From assembly GCA_041389425.1 (NCBI GenBank), contig JAWKRX010000003.1:6597-70596 (forward strand): a stretch of DNA of 64,000 nucleotides, read 5' to 3'. The position numbers and the translations under genes were made by a program. Positions 16,542 to 24,831 of this stretch are shown one piece after another. The notes under the pieces are model-generated. The model was not told where the DNA came from. It was given only the letters and a program-made list of their open reading frames with translations, and made no database searches. This DNA comes from Myxococcota bacterium. Lineage in GTDB: Bacteria > Myxococcota_A > UBA9160 > UBA4427. Each line of letters begins with the position of its first letter. Within the stretch, counting starts at the first letter, position 1.

Positions 16542-18980
16542 TCAGCTGAGCGCCCCCGATGCCATGAGGTCGGCGATGCGATCCGGCTCGAAGCCGAGCT
16601 CCTCCGCGAGGATCTCGAAGGACTCGCCCCCGAGCAGCGGGGCCGCGAAGCGCGGGCCGTTGTCGTAGCCGGAAATCCGGAAGGCATGGCCCGAGTACGG
16701 GATGCGGCCCATCTCGGGATGCTCGAAGACGCGGTGGAAGCCGCGGTGGCGATACTGCGGATCGCTCTGCAGATCGCGGCTGCGCTGGACGTGGCCGGCG
16801 GGGACGCCGGCCTCGAGGAGCAGGCGCATGACCTCGCGCGGCGCGCGAGGGCGCGTCCATCCGGCGAGCTGCGCATCGATCGCGTCGTGGGCGGCGAGGC
16901 GGCCCGGGGCGGTGTCGAGGGCGCTCGCGCGGGCCCATTCGGGATCGCCGAGCACGGCCCGGAGTGCGCGCCACTGGGCATCCGTCTCGACCGCGATCGC
17001 GCACCACTCGTCGTCTCCGGCGCAGGGATAGGCGCCCTGCGGCGCCGCGCCCTGCAAGCGGTTGCCCCGGCGCGTGAACGCGAGGTCGGTCGCCTGGCGG
17101 GCGAGCAGCTCGGGGGCGAGGAAGTGGAGGGCAGCCTCGAGCTGCGCCACGTCGATGTGTTGGCCCTCGCCGGTGCGGCGGCGATGGTCGAGGGCAGCGA
17201 GCAGGGTCGCCGTCAGGAACCGCGGGGCGATCGTATCGGTGTAGGCATTCCAGGGGCCGACGGGGGCGCGGTCGGGCCAGCCCGTCAGGTCGTAGAAGCC
17301 GGCGATGCCGGCGGCGTGGTAGCCGTAGCCGGCGAGCTTCGCGAGCGGGCCGGTCTGGCCCATCAGGCAGGTGCTGACGAGGATGACGGAGGGATTGGCG
17401 CGCGCAGCGTCTTCGTAGCCGAAGCCGAGGCGGGCGGCGGCGCCGGGGGTGAAGCTCTCGAGGATGACGTCCGCCCAGCCGACCAGCGCATCGACGACCT
17501 CGCGGGCGCGTTCGTGCTTGAGGTCGACGGCGAGGCTGCGCTTCGAGGTGTTGAACTCGCCGTAGAACTGCGAGCGGTTCCAGCCGGGCTGGTTGTCCTT
17601 GTAGGGGCCGGCCGTGCGCAGGTTGTCGGCGCGGGCCGCTGACTCGATGCGGACGACGTTCGCGCCGTGGTCCGCGAGGTATTTGCCCGAGATGGGGCCG
17701 ACGCCGACCCAGCTGAAGTCGGCGACCCGGAGCCCTTCGAAGGGAAGGGCGCGCCCCTCGCCGGGATCCGCCTGCGCGGCGCGGGTGCGCGGCGCGCGCG
17801 CGAGCTCTTCGAGGATCTCGCGCGAATGTTCGCCGAGGCGCGGTGCGGGCCGGGGCGGCGTCGGCCTGGACTTCGAGGGGCGTGCGAAGGGGCCGGGTGC
17901 GCGCACCGTCTCGCCGGTCGGCAGGCGCAGCGGCCGATAGTAGTCGCGGGCCTTCAGCTGCTCGAACTCGAGCATGTCGTCGAGGGTCTGGACGGGCGCG
18001 ATCGTGACCCCGAGCGCGAGGCCGCGCCGGAAGAGCTCGGCGCGCGTCTGCGTTCGAAAGAACTCGCGCAGCTTCGCGACCAGCTCGTCGAAGGGGATCG
18101 CGAACTCGCCGCCGCGGAAGATCCGGTAGTCGTAGGATTTCCATTCTTCGCGCCCGAGCCAGGCCTCGTCGATCACGCCGCTCTCGAGCAGCCAGGGCCG
18201 GAGCGCGTTCATGAGGCGACCGCCGCAGAGGGCGACGACGTAGCCGTCGAGGGCCGCATGCACGAGATGGAATTTCGTCGGCCCGATGTCGAGGCTCGCG
18301 CCGTCGCGCTGGAAGTCGTAGCCCTGGGTCGGGAACGCGGTCATCGCGTTCAGCATCGTCCAGGTCATCGCCGACTGGGCCGAGACGTCGGCGAAGACGG
18401 CTTCGCCGGTCGTGCGCATGCGCGCATGGGCGATCAGCGCCGCGACCGCCGCCTCCGCCCCCGCATGCCGCCAGGCCTGGGGCAGCGAGATCCGGATCGG
18501 CGCCCGGTCGCCGTCGCCCTGGACCGACATCGGGCCGCCGAGGGCCGCGAGCGTGAGATCGCTCGCCGGCCAGTCGGCCGCCGGCCCGTCGACACCGAAG
18601 GGCGTCACGCGGACGTGCACCAGCAGCGGATTCGCCCCCCGCAGCCGCTCGAAGCCGAGCCCCGCCGCGTCGAGCAGCGCGGGCGGCCCCGAATCGAGCA
18701 CGAAATCCGCCCCCGCGACGAGCTCGAGCATCCGCGCGCGATCCGCCTCGAGGGCGAAGTCGAGCACGAGCGAGCGCTTGCCCTGGTCGTAGGCGGCGAA
18801 GGCGAGGCTCCGCTCGCTCTCGGGGCCCTCGGCGAGCATCGGGCCGGCCCGCCGCGCGCCGCTCCCCTGCGGCGGCTCGATCCGGATCACGTCCGCGCCG
18901 AGCTCGGCGAGCATCCGCCCCGCGAGCGGGCCGCGTTCGTCCGTCAGATCGAGAACTCGATAGGGCGCGAGGAGATTCAT
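16542..18980 (-). CDS. Tandem (two-module) family III CoA-transferase (CaiB/BaiF type)
   Basis: 812 aa. Both halves begin with the family signature: YRVLDLTDERGPLAGRMLAELGADVIRIE and LRVADFSWVGVGPISGKYLADHGANVVRIE. Confidence 0.9.
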   Translation of the reverse strand: MNLLAPYRVLDLTDERGPLAGRMLAELGADVIRIEPPQGSGARRAGPMLAEGPESERSLAFAAYDQGKRSLVLDFALEADRARMLELVAGADFVLDSGPPALLDAAGLGFERLRGANPLLVHVRVTPFGVDGPAADWPASDLTLAALGGPMSVQGDGDRAPIRISLPQAWRHAGAEAAVAALIAHARMRTTGEAVFADVSAQSAMTWTMLNAMTAFPTQGYDFQRDGASLDIGPTKFHLVHAALDGYVVALCGGRLMNALRPWLLESGVIDEAWLGREEWKSYDYRIFRGGEFAIPFDELVAKLREFFRTQTRAELFRRGLALGVTIAPVQTLDDMLEFEQLKARDYYRPLRLPTGETVRAPGPFARPSKSRPTPPRPAPRLGEHSREILEELARAPRTRAAQADPGEGRALPFEGLRVADFSWVGVGPISGKYLADHGANVVRIESAARADNLRTAGPYKDNQPGWNRSQFYGEFNTSKRSLAVDLKHERAREVVDALVGWADVILESFTPGAAARLGFGYEDAARANPSVILVSTCLMGQTGPLAKLAGYGYHAAGIAGFYDLTGWPDRAPVGPWNAYTDTIAPRFLTATLLAALDHRRRTGEGQHIDVAQLEAALHFLAPELLARQATDLAFTRRGNRLQGAAPQGAYPCAGDDEWCAIAVETDAQWRALRAVLGDPEWARASALDTAPGRLAAHDAIDAQLAGWTRPRAPREVMRLLLEAGVPAGHVQRSRDLQSDPQYRHRGFHRVFEHPEMGRIPYSGHAFRISGYDNGPRFAAPLLGGESFEILAEELGFEPDRIADLMASGALS

Positions 18981-19041
18981 CGGGGCGCGTCGCTTCCGAT
19001 CCGGATCGCGGGCGGGCGCCGGGACGCCGCGCCCCGTTCGC

Positions 19042-19434
19042 TCACTCGGCCTTGTCGGGTGAGAAGATCCGCTGCGTGAAGCGCCAGCCCCCGGCCGTCT
19101 TCGTGAGCTCGTCCATGTAGCGGCCCGTCACGATGACCTTGTAACCGCCCTTCGTGTCGTAGCCGATCAGGAAGGCCGACCCGGTCGCGCGATCGCCCGC
19201 GCCGTCGACCACGATGTTGGTCGCGTTGTGGCGCATGCCGGGCAGGGCCTTGTGGGTGCCGTCGGCGAAGGCGGCGATGGCGTCGTGGCCTTCGAGGGTC
19301 TGGAAGCCGGCGTCGAATTTGCCGCCTTCGACGAAGCAGGCGGCGAAGCCACGGCCGTCGCCGGTATCGATCGCGGTGTTGTAGCGGGAGTAGAGCTGGA
19401 GGATGTCGAGGGTGTCCTGGGTCGAGAGGGCCAT
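19042..19434 (-). CDS. SnoaL-like / NTF2-superfamily protein
   Basis: 130-aa tail of a longer ORF starting MALSTQDTLDILQLYSRYNTAIDTGD. This is the typical SnoaL_4 N-terminus, with a W-containing C-terminal strand. Confidence 0.8.
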   Translation of the reverse strand: MALSTQDTLDILQLYSRYNTAIDTGDGRGFAACFVEGGKFDAGFQTLEGHDAIAAFADGTHKALPGMRHNATNIVVDGAGDRATGSAFLIGYDTKGGYKVIVTGRYMDELTKTAGGWRFTQRIFSPDKAE

Positions 19435-19706
19435 GATGCGGGGCTCCGGGGCGATGGGGGTTTGCGGTCGCCGCGGAATCGGGGCGGCCGGGCTCGTCGG
19501 ATTGCGTTCGGTTCGGCCGCCTCGCCGATGCAGGCGGGCCGGACCGGAACCGTACGGAACGGCAGGAGCCGCGCAAGCGATGGGGCGGGCATCCGGATCG
19601 GTCGAGAATGTTCGGGCCGAACCGGCCTTGCTATAACCCGACTCGACCGGATTCGGGCGCATGAACGGGCGAACGAACGAGTGAACGAAAGGCGAGCGCG
19701 GTCCCC

Positions 19707-20264
19707 ATGGCCAAGTCGGAGTCGGAGTCGGAGTCGGAGTCGGGATCGAAGCGGGCGTCGGATCCCGTCCTGGTCGGCATCGTGATGGGCTCGCGCTCGG
19801 ATTGGCCGACCCTCGAGCACGCGGCCTCGACCCTCGAGACCCTCGGCGTTCCCTTCGAGACCCGCGTCGTCTCGGCCCACCGGACCCCCGACCTGCTCTT
19901 CGAATACGCCGAGACCGCCGCGGCCCGCGGCCTGCGCGCGATCATCGCGGGGGCGGGCGGGGCGGCCCATCTGCCGGGCATGCTCGCGGCGAAGACCTGG
20001 CTGCCGGTGCTCGGCGTGCCGGTCGAGAGCAAGGCCCTCTCGGGCATGGACTCGCTGCTCTCGATCGTGCAGATGCCGGCGGGTGTCCCCGTCGCCACCT
20101 TCGCGATCGGGAAGTCGGGGGCGATCAACGCGGCGCTCTACGCGGCGGCGATGCTCGCGACGACGGATGCGAAGCTGCGGGGGCGACTCGCGGCCTGGCG
20201 CGAGAAGCAGACCGCCGAGGTGCTCGCGCATCCGGATCCGGCGAAGGTCGATGCAGGCACCTGA
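19707..20264 (+). CDS. purE: N5-carboxyaminoimidazole ribonucleotide mutase PurE
   Basis: GSRSDW, SAHRTP and [10 protein letters not shown] motifs are present. The N-terminal (Ser-Glu)n extension is encoded by a hexanucleotide repeat. Confidence 0.93.
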   Translation: MAKSESESESESGSKRASDPVLVGIVMGSRSDWPTLEHAASTLETLGVPFETRVVSAHRTPDLLFEYAETAAARGLRAIIAGAGGAAHLPGMLAAKTWLPVLGVPVESKALSGMDSLLSIVQMPAGVPVATFAIGKSGAINAALYAAAMLATTDAKLRGRLAAWREKQTAEVLAHPDPAKVDAGT

Positions 20265-20297
20265 ATTCCGGCGGAAGGGCGCGCGGCGAGGCGATCG

Positions 20298-21407
20298 ATG
20301 AAGGTCGGCATTCTCGGCGGCGGCCAGCTCGGGTTGATGCTCGCGCAGGCGGCGTCGCCGCTCGGGATCGAGACGCTGGTCGTCGATCCGGCGGCGGACG
20401 CGGTGGCGGGGCGGGCGACGAAGCATCTCGCGAAGGATTGGCTCGATCCGGCGGCGCAGGGGGCGCTCGCGGGCTGCGACGTCGTGACCTACGAGTTCGA
20501 GAACGTGCCGACCGAAGCGCTCGCGAAGCTCGCGGGACGCGTCGCGATCCATCCGGCCCCCGAAGCGCTCGCGATCGCCGGCGATCGGCTCGCCGAGAAG
20601 CGCTTCCTGCGCGAATTCGGCCTCGAGCCCGCGCCCTTCGCCGAGGTCCCTTCGCGCGCGGCGCTCGACCGGGCCGCCGCGGAGATCGGGCTGCCGATCG
20701 TGTTGAAGACGCGCCGCTTCGGCTACGACGGCAAGGGGCAGGCGGTCGTGCGCACGGCGGACGGGCTGGACGCCGCCTGGGAGAAGCTCGGCGGCGACGC
20801 GCTGATCCTCGAGGGCTTCGTGCCCTTCGAGCGCGAGCTCTCGCTCGCCGCCGTCCGCGGGCGGGACGGCGAGATCCGCTTCTGGCCCCCGGCCGAGAAC
20901 CGCCACGTCGACGGCATCCTCCACATCTCCCGCGCCCCGGCCGCGAACGTCCCGCCGCATCTGCTCGCCGAAGCCGAGCGCGGGCTGCGCGCGATCCTCG
21001 AGCGCCTCGACTACGTCGGTGTCCTCGTCGTCGAGCTCTTCGCCCTCGCCGATCGCTGGCTCGCCAACGAGATGGCCTGCCGCGTCCACAACTCCTTCCA
21101 CTGGACGATCGAAGGCGCCGCGACCAGCCAGTTCGAGAACCACATGCGCGCCGTCGCCGGCCTGTCCCTCGGCGAGACGCGCGTCGCGGGCCATTCGGCG
21201 ATGCTGAACCTCGTCGGCGCGATGCCCGATCTCGCACCCCTCGCCGGCGCACCCGGCATCGCGGTCCACGACTACGGCAAGCCGCCCCGCGCCGGGCGCA
21301 AGCTCGGCCACGTCACGGTCGTCGCGGAGAGCGAGGCCGAGTGCGAGGCCCGCCTGCGCCGGGTCCTCGCCGTCGCCGGCGATCGCGAGCTAGCCTCGCG
21401 CGCATGA
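20298..21407 (+). CDS. purK: N5-carboxyaminoimidazole ribonucleotide synthase PurK
   Basis: 369-aa ATP-grasp protein immediately after purE, with the typical MKVGILGGGQLG N-terminus. Confidence 0.93.
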   Translation: MKVGILGGGQLGLMLAQAASPLGIETLVVDPAADAVAGRATKHLAKDWLDPAAQGALAGCDVVTYEFENVPTEALAKLAGRVAIHPAPEALAIAGDRLAEKRFLREFGLEPAPFAEVPSRAALDRAAAEIGLPIVLKTRRFGYDGKGQAVVRTADGLDAAWEKLGGDALILEGFVPFERELSLAAVRGRDGEIRFWPPAENRHVDGILHISRAPAANVPPHLLAEAERGLRAILERLDYVGVLVVELFALADRWLANEMACRVHNSFHWTIEGAATSQFENHMRAVAGLSLGETRVAGHSAMLNLVGAMPDLAPLAGAPGIAVHDYGKPPRAGRKLGHVTVVAESEAECEARLRRVLAVAGDRELASRA

Positions 21408-22267
21408 CGATCCCGCTCGAGCACCATGCGGCCTTCGCGAACGGCGTCCGGATCCACTACGTGCGCGCCGGCAAGGGCGATCCCGTCGTCCTGCTGCACG
21501 GCTTTCCGCAGACCTGGTACATGTGGCGCAAGATCATCCCCGGCCTCGCGCGACACTACACCGTGATCGCCCCGGATCTGCGCGGCTTCGGCGAGTCCTC
21601 GAAGCCGATCGGCGGCTACGACAAGCGCACCGTCGCCGAGGACATTCATCAGCTCGTGCGCGGGCTCGGCTTCGAGAAGGTCTTCCTCGTGGGCCACGAC
21701 CTCGGCGGCCCGACCGCCTATGCCTATGCGAGCGCGCATCCGGACGAGGTCCGCCGCCTCGTCCTGCTCGACATCGCGATCACCCTCGAGCGCGCCGAAG
21801 CCCTCGAATACTACGCGCGCCTGTTTCACCTCTCGTTCCACGCCGAGCCCGACATCGCCGTCGCCCTGGTCTCCGGCCGCGAGCGGACCTACCTGACGCA
21901 TTTCTATCGCAACTGTTACAACCCCGGCGCCTTCAGCCACGCCGACATCGACGAATACGTCGCCGCGTTCTCTGCGCCGGGCGCGCTGCGCGCGAGCATG
22001 GCCCATTACGGCGCGCTCTGGACCGATCTCGAGCACAACCGCGAGAACGCGAAGCGGCTGCTCGAGATGCCCGTGCTCGGCCTCGGCGGCGCGCTCAGCT
22101 TCGGCGAGGGTGTCGTGAAGTCTGCGCGGCGGATCGCGAAGGACGTGCGCGGGCGCTCGCTGCCGCGCTGTGCCCATTGGATCGCCGAGGAAGAGCCCGA
22201 GGCCCTGCTCGCGGAGCTGCTCGCGTTCTTCGGCGAGGAATACGCGGCGGGAGCGCCGGCATGCTGA
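21404..22267 (+). CDS. Alpha/beta hydrolase, epoxide-hydrolase / haloacetate-dehalogenase-like
   Basis: HGFPQTWYMW oxyanion motif and Asp nucleophile elbow GHDLGG. The ATG overlaps the purK stop (ATGA at 21404-21407). Confidence 0.88.
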   Translation: MTIPLEHHAAFANGVRIHYVRAGKGDPVVLLHGFPQTWYMWRKIIPGLARHYTVIAPDLRGFGESSKPIGGYDKRTVAEDIHQLVRGLGFEKVFLVGHDLGGPTAYAYASAHPDEVRRLVLLDIAITLERAEALEYYARLFHLSFHAEPDIAVALVSGRERTYLTHFYRNCYNPGAFSHADIDEYVAAFSAPGALRASMAHYGALWTDLEHNRENAKRLLEMPVLGLGGALSFGEGVVKSARRIAKDVRGRSLPRCAHWIAEEEPEALLAELLAFFGEEYAAGAPAC

Positions 22268-22617
22268 AGGCCGGGGGCGCCGCGCGCACCGCGGATCCGC
22301 TCGAGCACGCGCGGCGCTGGAGCGCGGCGGGGCAGGGCGTCGCGCTCGCGACGGTCGTCGAGACCTGGGGCTCGTCGCCGGTGCCGGCGGGCAGCCTGCT
22401 CGCGGTGAACGAGGCGGGGCATTTCGAGGGATCGGTTTCCGGGGGCTGCGTCGAGGGGGCGGTGATCGAGCGGGCGCAGGCGGTGATCGCGAGCGGCCAG
22501 CCCGAGACGCTCGAGTTCGGCATCGCGGACGAGACGGCCTGGGCGGTCGGGCTCGCCTGCGGCGGGCGCGTCCGGATCTTCGTCGAGCGGCTCGAGCCGG
22601 CGGGCGGCCCGGCATGA
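22261..22617 (+). CDS. XdhC/CoxI-family protein, short N-terminal-domain type
   Basis: 118 aa with ATVVETWGSSPVPAGSLLAV...GSVSGGCVEG, the XdhC_CoxI signature. It overlaps the preceding stop by 7 nt. Confidence 0.8.
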   Translation: MLKAGGAARTADPLEHARRWSAAGQGVALATVVETWGSSPVPAGSLLAVNEAGHFEGSVSGGCVEGAVIERAQAVIASGQPETLEFGIADETAWAVGLACGGRVRIFVERLEPAGGPA

Positions 22618-23339
22618 AGCGCGCCTCGCTCGAAGCGATCCTCGAGGCGAGCGCCGCGCGCCGGCCGATCGTGCGGCTGGTCTGGCTCGCCACGGGAGAG
22701 GAGCGGCTCGTCGGGAGCACGGCGGAGCTCGACGCGGGACCGGGTGGCGGAGCCGGTGGTGCGGCCGCGGCGGCGAGCTCCGAGCTGCGCGCGGCGGTCG
22801 AGAGCGCCTTCCTCGACGACGAGGGCGCGCTCGTCGAGACCGCGGACGGGCCGGTCTTCGTGCAGCCCTTCAATCCCGCACCGCGCCTCGCGATCGTCGG
22901 TGCGGTCCACATCGCGCAGAGCCTCGCCGTCCTCGCCCGCGATCTCGGCCATGCCGTGCTCGTCGTCGACCCGCGGCGCGGATTCCTCACCGAGGCCCGC
23001 TTTCCGGGCGTCGCGCTCTCGCATGCCTGGCCCGACGAAGCGCTGGATGCCTTCGGCCTCGATGCCCGCAGCGCGGTCGTGACCCTCTCCCACGATCCGA
23101 AGCTCGACGATCCGGCGCTGCATGCCGCGCTCCGCTCGAGCGCCTACTACATCGGCGCGCTCGGCAGCCGGCGGACCCAGGCGAAGCGCCGCACCCGCCT
23201 CGAAGAAGCGGGCTTCACAGGCGAGGCGATCGCGCGCATCCACGGCCCGGTCGGCCTCGACATCGGCGCGAGCAGCCCGGCGGAGATCGCGCTCTCGATC
23301 GCAGCGGAGCTGACGGCATGCCTGCGCAAGCCGGGCTGA
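22614..23339 (+). CDS. XdhC-family molybdoenzyme maturation protein (Rossmann-like C-domain type)
   Basis: PRLAIVGAVHIAQSL..., SHDPKLDDPAL and YIGALGSRRT motifs. The ATG overlaps the upstream stop (ATGA at 22614-22617). Confidence 0.85.
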   Translation: MKRASLEAILEASAARRPIVRLVWLATGEERLVGSTAELDAGPGGGAGGAAAAASSELRAAVESAFLDDEGALVETADGPVFVQPFNPAPRLAIVGAVHIAQSLAVLARDLGHAVLVVDPRRGFLTEARFPGVALSHAWPDEALDAFGLDARSAVVTLSHDPKLDDPALHAALRSSAYYIGALGSRRTQAKRRTRLEEAGFTGEAIARIHGPVGLDIGASSPAEIALSIAAELTACLRKPG

Positions 23340-23998
23340 CGCGGGACGCCATCGCCGGCCTCGTGCTGGCCGCAGGCGGATCGACGCGCATGGGCCCCGA
23401 GCACAACAAGCTGATCGAGCGGGTCGGTGAGCGCCCCCTCGTCGCCGTCGTCGTCGATGCCCTGATCGCGGCGGGGATCCGCACGGTCGTCGTCGTCACG
23501 GGCTTCGAGGCGCAGCGCGTGCGAGAGGAGCTCGCCGGGCGCGCGTGTCGCTTCGTGCACCACGCGGGCTGGCAGGCCGGGATGGGCGAGTCGATCGCGT
23601 GCGGGATGCGGGCACTGCGGGAAGAGCAGGCGCCGCCCGCCGCCGTCCTCGTCAGCGTCGGGGATCTGCCCGGCCTGCGCGCCGAGCATGTCGAGGCGGT
23701 CGTCGCCGCTGCGCTCTCGGAGCCGGGTGCGATCGTGCCTGCTCGCATCGTGGTGCCATCGTTCGCCGGCCGGCGCGGGCATCCGGTGCTCTTCGGTGCG
23801 GCCCATTTCGAGGCGCTGGCGGGGCTGCGCGGGGACGAGGGGGCGCGCGCGATCCTCGCCACGAACCCGCAGGCGGTTCGGGTGGTCGAAGTGACGGGCG
23901 ACGGGATCGTTCGCGACGTCGATACGCTGGCGGATCTCGCTGCGGCACGCATGCAGGCGGATCCGGGCACCGCGAGAAGCGCAAAGGAGGAATCGTGA
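23318..23998 (+). CDS. MobA/MocA-like nucleotidyltransferase (molybdenum cofactor cytidylyl/guanylyl-transferase family)
   Basis: LVLAAGGSTRMG N-terminal motif and GDLP mid motif. It overlaps the XdhC gene by 22 nt. Confidence 0.85.
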   Translation: MPAQAGLTRDAIAGLVLAAGGSTRMGPEHNKLIERVGERPLVAVVVDALIAAGIRTVVVVTGFEAQRVREELAGRACRFVHHAGWQAGMGESIACGMRALREEQAPPAAVLVSVGDLPGLRAEHVEAVVAAALSEPGAIVPARIVVPSFAGRRGHPVLFGAAHFEALAGLRGDEGARAILATNPQAVRVVEVTGDGIVRDVDTLADLAAARMQADPGTARSAKEES

Positions 23999-24831
23999 GA
24001 TCAACAGATCGGAACGTTCGCACCGGATGGGGCATCGCGATCGGCGCATCGGCGCTCGCCGTCCTCTCCGCCCTCGCATGCGACCCGGTGCAGGACGACG
24101 CGAGGCGAAGCGGTTCGGAGGATGCATCGGCGGAGATCACCCGGGCGGACGAAGCGGCCGCGCCGGCGATCGAGCCGGCGCGCGTGGCCATCGCCGGGGG
24201 GCCCTTCGTCGCGGGCTGCGACCCCGCGCGAGGCGACGATTGTCTGCCGGATGAAATTCCGAGTGGCGTCCGCGAAGTCGAGGCCTTCGCGATCGACCGG
24301 ACGGAGGTGACCGTCGCGGCCTATCGCGCCTGTGTCGAGGCCGGGGCCTGCACGCCGCCGGACGTCGCCGAGAGCTGCAACTGGGCCCAGCAGGGACGCG
24401 AGCGCCATCCCATCAACTGCGTCGATTGGGAGCAGGCGAAGGCCTACTGCGCGTTTCGCGGCGCGCGCCTGCCGACCGAATGGGAATGGGAGAAGGCGGC
24501 GCGGGGAAGCGAGGGCCGCCGGAATCCCTGGGGCGATGCGCCGGCCGATTGCCGTCTCGCCGTCATCGACGAGGGCGGCGGCAATGCCTGCGGCGCGGGC
24601 GATACGACCTTCGAGGTCGGCAGCCGGCCCGCCGGCGCGACGCCCGAGGGCATCCTCGATCTGATCGGCAACGTCTGGGAATGGACCGCCACGGTTCGTG
24701 AGAACGGCCGCGCCCCGGTCGTCCGGGGCGCGGCCTACTACAGCGAGCCGGGCCACGCGCGCGCTTCCCACCTGCTCCGCTTCAACCCGATCGGTCGCGG
24801 CCCCTTCGTCGGATTCCGCTGCGCTTCGTGA
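23995..24831 (+). CDS. Formylglycine-generating-enzyme (SUMF1/FGE-sulfatase) domain lipoprotein
   Basis: GTG start after AGGAGG, overlapping the upstream stop (GTGA). Lipobox LSALAC. Motifs RLPTEWEWEKAARG and GNVWEWT. Confidence 0.85.
   Translation: MRSTDRNVRTGWGIAIGASALAVLSALACDPVQDDARRSGSEDASAEITRADEAAAPAIEPARVAIAGGPFVAGCDPARGDDCLPDEIPSGVREVEAFAIDRTEVTVAAYRACVEAGACTPPDVAESCNWAQQGRERHPINCVDWEQAKAYCAFRGARLPTEWEWEKAARGSEGRRNPWGDAPADCRLAVIDEGGGNACGAGDTTFEVGSRPAGATPEGILDLIGNVWEWTATVRENGRAPVVRGAAYYSEPGHARASHLLRFNPIGRGPFVGFRCAS

Noticed and set aside
19435-19706. Possible purine/ZTP-type riboswitch upstream of purE. The region contains several GAACG repeats (19660-19690).
   Set aside because: I could not find the conserved cores of the purine, ZTP (pfl) or PRPP riboswitch classes by eye. 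The repeats alone do not support an RNA-element call.
22261-23339. Split XdhC interpreted as a frameshifted pseudogene.
   Set aside because: The two ORFs are joined by a clean ATGA overlap, and each corresponds to a complete domain-level unit. My recollection is that this short + long XdhC arrangement followed by a MocA-like gene recurs in other genomes.
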